The notes under the pieces were generated by a model. It did not search any database and was not told the origin of the DNA. It saw nothing but the letters and a program-made list of their open reading frames with translations. This document shows positions 59,101-64,000 of a stretch of DNA of 64,000 bases, in pieces. The stretch is from the NCBI GenBank assembly GCA_949358305.1, contig OX442314.1, positions 2,170,001-2,234,000 of the forward strand, given 5' to 3'. This DNA comes from Strigamia acuminata. Its lineage: Eukaryota. Each line of letters opens with the position of its first letter. Within the stretch, counting starts at the first letter, position 1. Made by a program: the position numbers and the translations under genes.

Positions 59101-60330
59101 TTTTGGACGATCTTCCTTACACATTTCGACTTGGTAGTAACCTTTAACAAGGTCAATTGACGTAAAATACCTAGCAGGACCAGTATTATGCAATAAAAGG
59201 TCAATACTTGGCATTTGTATTACTTCGACTTCGGTGATGGCATTCAGCCACCGGTAGTCAATGCACATCCTATACGAGCCGTCAGGCTTCGCAACAATGA
59301 CGGGATGACTTATGAAGGGCCCTTTGGCCTTTTCAATGAGTCCATCCTGTTCCAATTCTGCAGCTAGTTTGGTCATAATGGCTCTCTTGGCCGGGTTATA
59401 CATTCTATACTGCATTTTGGGCAATGAATGCCCTTCTTTAAACTTAATACGATGCTGGGTCACGTTAGTGCACCCAACTTGATCACGAAATACATTCGGT
59501 ATCGAGTTAACCACTTCGCGAAGTGTTAGTCGTTGTTCTGGAGTGCAGTCGCTCTCCTCAACTAATTTTTCATCCCAAGTCAACACAGGAGTGTCTGTTA
59601 ACTCAATTGAGTTGAGAGTGGACGACAGTCCTAAATAATCGAAAGTAATTCGATTTAACGGGGCGAGGGCCAAATTGGCTTCTTCCGATTCATAAGGAGC
59701 GGACCAATTAGGTTTATCTGCACAAGAGAACTCTTGTAAATGTGGATGCGGACTAATTTTCTGTCTGCGCATGAAATTGTGACCAAGTATCAAACCACAA
59801 ACTCGTTTTGCTAAAACGATGAAATTCATTGGTGTAAATTCATCAGCCCATTGCACGCACAAAGTTATTTGTCCGACAGGCTTGTGTGCTACGCCTACAG
59901 CGTTAACCAACATGTTTCTGGGAGCCTCTTGTAAGAATTCTGGCAAAGCCTGAGTTTCAGACAAGAGTTGTTCCCCAATGTAACATTGAGATGCTCCTGT
60001 ATCCATGAGCGCGTTGTAGGTGAGTCCACCAATTGTGATCTTCATTCGAGGATCATCTTTATTATTACCTAAAGTAATATTGTGCAAATTGTTACCACCT
60101 ATGACTCGATTGAGTCGGCGGAGTCTACAGAATTTCTTCGTGTAGCACTTGTGTGGGAACAATGTCAGATTTTTTAATTGTTCTGTCATTTCTTGCAGAT
60201 TTTCCTCTACTCCGCCACTATGACTAGTGGCTACTTCCAGACAAGTTGTGTCTACATCCATAAATAAAGATTCCGACGTGGCATTAGCCACTTCTGGGGG
60301 ATGGAATAAACCTTCGTCCCCCGGATCTAG
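56131..60330 (-). CDS. pol: Gypsy Pol (protease, RT, RNase H, integrase), entered by -1 frameshift
   Basis: LMDTGAS, MPFGLCNAP, YLDD, TDASHEGLGAVL, H..H..CTHC, DLMGP, SDNGKQF, ERTNR; frame open from the slip site at 60330. Confidence 0.97.
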   Translation of the reverse strand, partial: LDPGDEGLFHPPEVANATSESLFMDVDTTCLEVATSHSGGVEENLQEMTEQLKNLTLFPHKCYTKKFCRLRRLNRVIGGNNLHNITLGNNKDDPRMKITIGGLTYNALMDTGASQCYIGEQLLSETQALPEFLQEAPRNMLVNAVGVAHKPVGQITLCVQWADEFTPMNFIVLAKRVCGLILGHNFMRRQKISPHPHLQEFSCADKPNWSAPYESEEANLALAPLNRITFDYLGLSSTLNSIELTDTPVLTWDEKLVEESDCTPEQRLTLREVVNSIPNVFRDQVGCTNVTQHRIKFKEGHSLPKMQYRMYNPAKRAIMTKLAAELEQDGLIEKAKGPFISHPVIVAKPDGSYRMCIDYRWLNAITEVEVIQMPSIDLLLHNTGPARYFTSIDLVKGYYQVEMCKEDRPKTAFYTPNGPYQFVRMPFGLCNAPCTFQRLMEGILGSALQDYALVYLDDVIVYSDNWDDHLKHVRDVLERLNQANMTINKAKSRFGRTELKFLGHWIKPEGLFGDPDKISAIMKFPTPTCAKDIQRFHGMTNFFRKFVPNHGTIAAPYTRMMNEKTPFEWGDEQTEAFNKIKELLCGDNCLHKPDMTLPFVVMTDASHEGLGAVLCQDVDIFDEKKQKNISVPRPVAYASRVLRGAEKRYTTPELECLAVVWAIDRFKPYLEYGTFTLESDAEALKWLMRTPEPSGKFGRWALRIQCGNFKIVFRKGAANQVADALSRAPLTEEDIPLRDHVEPVEIKQYWPEWDGNPSVSLNRAPEKREYLASARSYFSENSKECSEEKEGEEVQETLYSALTEVLKEVPPTRREIIDAQLLDTECKRIREYLLNDKVVGIPQSEIKEWKNKVKNYCLDKKEVDGDQMIIYFNPSFEEELNDSGNGFKAVVPSSLVKRVLFACHGHPLSGHAGMSKTLEKTRLIYFWPGMSRSVRNYVKSCTHCAQYKPIQQKRHAAPYTPHNMTNPWECINMDLMGPKPAGRSQNQYIFVIIDNCTKFVEIKALTKATSANCVQELRSVTNRWGHPKKIVSDNGKQFVSDIYNEYCEMYNIRPSHTSTYHAQANPTERTNRDIKTMLALYTDVHTQWPRYLDEFAFAMRNNVSAATGSSPMLLNTGRIVTLPFDPRIIKHANPFDKENPEKYVRVLLDVLRRSHQEMHRRIQLNFERHRKIHEQKFVITEFEVGDLVWKQTHILSCADKNISAGFAEKRDGPWEITKVLPGGAYKLRKLSDGSIEKSVNIKALYPYTPSYPIETWKIGQKSASYSPQENPKWMDESNQLPDAEEMELIPETSSEIPMELSDSTSVQIDKSAPIKSKHRHRQRLTAIEKKAALKRGETPKKPPRKPRKPQPVVPRTSTCPRRERKPNPKYADENFVRNITAVFKKLYQQRGKASKFCWN

Positions 60331-62576
60331 TTTTTTGAACTAGTCGCACTTGAATCAGCAGATTCGGGCTTGATCAAAGTCTTAACCATTTCTGCCAACG
60401 AGTTAGTCAGCGAAGTTTGTAACTTATTTTCAAAAGTATTTAATTTCGCATCAAGTTTAGCATCTAGTGTTGCATCCAACACTTCTTGAGTTATCCATCT
60501 GTTATTAGGACGTTTAGAAGTAGGATCCACAGTCGGGGAATCCGGCGTACTTCGTTTTTGCAACTCTTCAGAGTTGAAATTTGCACGTGGTTTTAAATCT
60601 GGACATTCTCGACGCATGTGTCCTGGTTTCTTACAGTGGTAACAAACTAATTGACCACGTCTGGTCTGATCTACTACTCCGTTTATTAAATAAACAGCCT
60701 CGCATTCCTCAGGTAACTCTTCTTCACAAATATTAAGTTGTTCTTGTGAATCCAAAGTTAAAGATTTAACATTTGTCTTCGGCTGAGGACGAGTATCAGT
60801 TTTCCGAGGTGGAAAAACAACTGGATTGGAAATATTTTCCCTTGCTCCATTAGCTGTACGACTGTACAGGCCTTTATTTTTAGTTATAACAGTATAAATC
60901 TCTGTCAGAGGTAAATCCGCTATGCCTTGCGTATGCAAAAGCAAATCGTTAGCAGGAGTTACACTCCCGATGAAAAGACAACCAGCCCCTTTTGCATCAA
61001 GACTGTCTTGTAATATCCATAACTGGTAATATTTGTGCATAAAGTCGTAAAGACTTTCTGTTTCTAGTTGTTTCAACTTAGTTAGTTGGTTCGTCCGCTC
61101 TTGTCGAGTGGCTACAAACCGTTCTTTGAACGCCTGTTCAAATACATCCCAAGATATGAAATCTTCTCTCCTTTCATGAAACCAACCATGCGCTTGCTCG
61201 GTTAAATAACCGGCTACGCCTTTAACAAGCATGTCATCGAGTGACATGTTTCGCAGGAAAGCGACATTTTTTACGATAGTGAGAAAGCGTTCGCTTTCAT
61301 CTGCCTTTCCAGAGAATACAGGAATATCTGGGGGCTTCAAACTGTTAGTTTGAGGGACAATGGCGGAACTTTTTCCTGCCTGCATTAATTTGTGCATGGT
61401 TGTGGCAATTGACGCGAGGTCATCAGCCGTCATTCCAAAGCTGCTTGGAGGACGTGAATGGTCATTCGACGATCCACCAGTGTTTGATTGATTCGAGTTA
61501 TTTTGGCTTGAGCCACCATTGTTGGGGTTGAAATTATTCGACCCTCCTTGATTTGGTCTACTGTGGTTACCAAAGTTCGAATGGTTATTCGAATTACCTT
61601 GGTTCCCATAATTCGAATGATTATTAGAATTACCCCGATTATTAAAATTCGGACGGTTGTTCGAGCTTCCTGGGCCACCAAAATTCGGACGATTGTTCGA
61701 ATTACTTGGTGCACCGTGATTCAAATAAATATTGGAATTTCCTTGCGTTTCAGGATTGGAAGGATTATTTAAATCATTCATATCAATTGGGTTATTCGAG
61801 TTCGGAGGAACTAGGTGACCCCTTTGCATGTTAGGTGCAGGGCTAGAATTGTTTGCAAATCTAGAATTTGGGTCAAAACGATTGTTTGGACCTCTTGTTG
61901 CATTTAAATTTGAATTCAAATTTCCAGCGAGATTCGGACAACTATTTGATCCGTTTGGAAAACTTGGATTAGGGTTGGCCATATTAGGCGGACCCAAATT
62001 CGCTCTGTTGAACGTATTCTCAAAGTTCTCTGGATTTGTAAATCCTCTTTGTTGGTTGCGAGCGAAGTTATTCGCTCGTAATCGTTGTTGGAAAGCACGA
62101 TTGAAATCTCCTGGTGTCAAATTCGACTGATCTTGACGAGGAGGTTGTGCATTTTTATTTCTATATCTAGAAATAGGCGTCGAAGGAGTGGGACTAAAAT
62201 TATTTAATCTTTGGCTGGCTGGGGAATGGGGTTGCTCCGACGTAGCACGAGGTGCGTGCACAAAATCTAACACTTCGGTCAAAGATCTAAATTGGTTTGG
62301 GTTCAAACCGTGATCCTGACAAAATAGTAGACCGCCTCGGCCTAAATGAGAACCTTCAGGAATGCATTCCTCTTCTCCAGGCGGAGTAGGTTCATGTGGA
62401 GCCCTATTCTCTCCAGATGGTCCGGCTGTTTCATTTGAAACGCCATTATGGACCGCGTGGTTTTCCACTTCTTCAGTTCCATTAGGAACAGGTATAAACC
62501 CGGATAGATTCATTCCACCGGTCAAACAAGTTCTTTCCTTACCACGGGTGTTCATGTGATGCTGATTATTAGTCAT
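60327..62576 (-). CDS. gag: Gypsy Gag (749 aa) with Asn/Gly-rich low-complexity region and CCHC knuckle
   Basis: PVFSGK, AHGWF, WDVFEQAFKERF capsid motifs; CYHCKKPGHMRREC. Confidence 0.93.
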   Translation of the reverse strand: MTNNQHHMNTRGKERTCLTGGMNLSGFIPVPNGTEEVENHAVHNGVSNETAGPSGENRAPHEPTPPGEEECIPEGSHLGRGGLLFCQDHGLNPNQFRSLTEVLDFVHAPRATSEQPHSPASQRLNNFSPTPSTPISRYRNKNAQPPRQDQSNLTPGDFNRAFQQRLRANNFARNQQRGFTNPENFENTFNRANLGPPNMANPNPSFPNGSNSCPNLAGNLNSNLNATRGPNNRFDPNSRFANNSSPAPNMQRGHLVPPNSNNPIDMNDLNNPSNPETQGNSNIYLNHGAPSNSNNRPNFGGPGSSNNRPNFNNRGNSNNHSNYGNQGNSNNHSNFGNHSRPNQGGSNNFNPNNGGSSQNNSNQSNTGGSSNDHSRPPSSFGMTADDLASIATTMHKLMQAGKSSAIVPQTNSLKPPDIPVFSGKADESERFLTIVKNVAFLRNMSLDDMLVKGVAGYLTEQAHGWFHERREDFISWDVFEQAFKERFVATRQERTNQLTKLKQLETESLYDFMHKYYQLWILQDSLDAKGAGCLFIGSVTPANDLLLHTQGIADLPLTEIYTVITKNKGLYSRTANGARENISNPVVFPPRKTDTRPQPKTNVKSLTLDSQEQLNICEEELPEECEAVYLINGVVDQTRRGQLVCYHCKKPGHMRRECPDLKPRANFNSEELQKRSTPDSPTVDPTSKRPNNRWITQEVLDATLDAKLDAKLNTFENKLQTSLTNSLAEMVKTLIKPESADSSATSSKN

Positions 62577-63680
62577 AACTAAACTTAAAACTGAGAAAAT
62601 TTCCTAAGTCTGAGAGATAACGATGAAGTTGCAAACGTTCAGGAGGATCGCAAACGAAGCAGTGGTCACACTAGTTCGAAAGGAAGTAAGGGTACTTCGA
62701 TACACCTCTCTGATTGGTCAAATATCAACGCTAGTCTCGCGAGAGTCCAATCTCGTCCGAGATTGGTGGAAATCATCAAGTTCGTGGAACCGTAATCTTG
62801 ACAGATTCCAGTGTTATGACGTAGTCACCAAACAAAATGGATACTTTTCAAAAATATTTTAAAATATCACCGCATTTATTAATAAATGAATGATCACCTT
62901 TGTGGAATTTTTAAAGTTTTAAAACTCGTAATTTCAAAAGACGCGCCAATTCGTTTGAATCGACGGCTTTTCTGCACAACACGGGTTGCTAGGCAACACA
63001 ACAGCGAGAATTCTTCTCCGCTAAAATTCGAATGGCATTCCATTCGTAAAATTCGATTTCAATGGCTTGAGATCACGATTTTTAACCAACATTTTAATGT
63101 AGATCAAGTCTGTTAAATAAGGTAAACCCATTTTGAAATAAAATATAAATTTTAATTCCTTCGAAATTCGTCAATTTTCATTCCAATTTATTTAGGCAAA
63201 TAAATTTAGGTTTAACTTGAAGTCTCAAGCAAAATACATTTAAAAGAATATTCTAAAATTAAAACAACTGTTAAATTGATAGAATTCTTTAAGAATTCCA
63301 TCAAAAGTCAAGTTTTCAAAATTAGGCCCGACCGCGTGGTTTTGTCAGATTGTCAATGACAAAATGACGTTACCCGGGCGGAACCAACTTCAACAAGTTC
63401 GGGCAAGATTCCCATTTTCGGGGTTGGGCCTTTAGGCCTGACCACGCTGTAGAGATTATTAGTTTTGTTAAAACACATAATTTCCACGACGGAAAATCGG
63501 AATAAAGTGAATTACACTTGTTTTTCTTGCGAGAAGTTCTAAAACAGAATAAAATATATTAAACACAAATAAATCTCAAACGAAATTTATTTTACACACA
63601 AAAATCACCATAAACGTTACACTACTCGAATTCATCATAGACATGCAAAACTTCAAATTTTATTTAAAATTTGGCAGCCT

Positions 63681-63698
63681 ATCTCGGTAGAACCTCCA
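63681..63698 (-). promoter_or_regulatory. Primer binding site complementary to the tRNA-Gln 3' end
   Basis: TGGAGGTTCTACCGAGAT, 2 nt after the LTR; + strand ATCTCGGTAGAACCTCCA matches the animal tRNA-Gln end (ATCTCGGTGGAACCT-CCA) at 17 of 18. Confidence 0.88.
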
Positions 63699-63700
63699 CT

Positions 63701-64000
63701 TGTGACGATTCTACTTTTGGGCTAATTTATTAGTCCTTTAAGATAGATAATTCGGTTTATACAAGACGTTGCTAAGTTTAGCAACAACCTAACCGAGATA
63801 AGCTATGGGAGCCTTTACAAACATGAATATGTGATCAAGTAGAAATAACTTACAGTTTTAGTGTGACATGACATATTTATTACTGAATAATAACAATAAT
63901 GGGTTCTTGACGCGTGTAAACTGGCGGCATCAACTGGTTGAGGATCCGGGCGAAGCCAGAGGGATACGGCTGACTTGCGGCATCGTCACAAATATCGCTA
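63701..64000 (-). repeat. 5' LTR (partial, U5 end)
   Basis: Reads identical to 51083-51382. Confidence 0.95.

Larger units (their letters stand above)
51083..64000 (-). mobile_element. Ty3/Gypsy LTR retrotransposon, apparently intact, with an extra ORF; 5' LTR runs off the window
   Basis: LTRs, PBS, PPT, gag, PR-RT-RH-IN pol. Confidence 0.97.

Noticed and set aside
63681..63698. tRNA-Gln gene
   Set aside because: Only the 18-nt 3' end including CCA is present, next to the LTR; it is the primer binding site

Overview
AT-rich, intron-containing animal (arthropod-like) genomic DNA dominated by mobile elements. The centrepiece is a complete 17.2-kb Maverick/Polinton (adintovirus-like endogenous virus, 24646-41867). 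It has 95-bp TIRs ending TG...CA and a 6-bp TSD (CAAGTG), and it splits a Copia gag relic exactly in frame. Its ORFs are open: pPolB, integrase, PLA2-domain protein, packaging ATPase, minor and major capsid proteins, a pX-like core protein and a fibre-like coiled-coil protein. Unusually, it also has two adenain-like proteases (one apparently reachable only by a -1 frameshift) and a tandemly duplicated OTU-like domain in pPolB with Ser at the expected catalytic Cys. The right end holds a young Ty3/Gypsy LTR retrotransposon (51083 to beyond 64000, minus strand, tRNA-Gln PBS, gag/pol -1 frameshift) carrying an extra non-env, Cys-rich third ORF that looks spliced. Host genes are the 5' exons of an NMDA receptor subunit 2 gene, a truncated galactose mutarotase gene, a small two-exon gene, a 12-finger C2H2 gene broken by a MITE, and a tandem cluster of four LRR-like genes (one intact, three decayed). 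Solo or rearranged LTRs, MITEs, minisatellites and local duplications fill the rest. All family assignments come from motif recognition by eye; no database searches were run.
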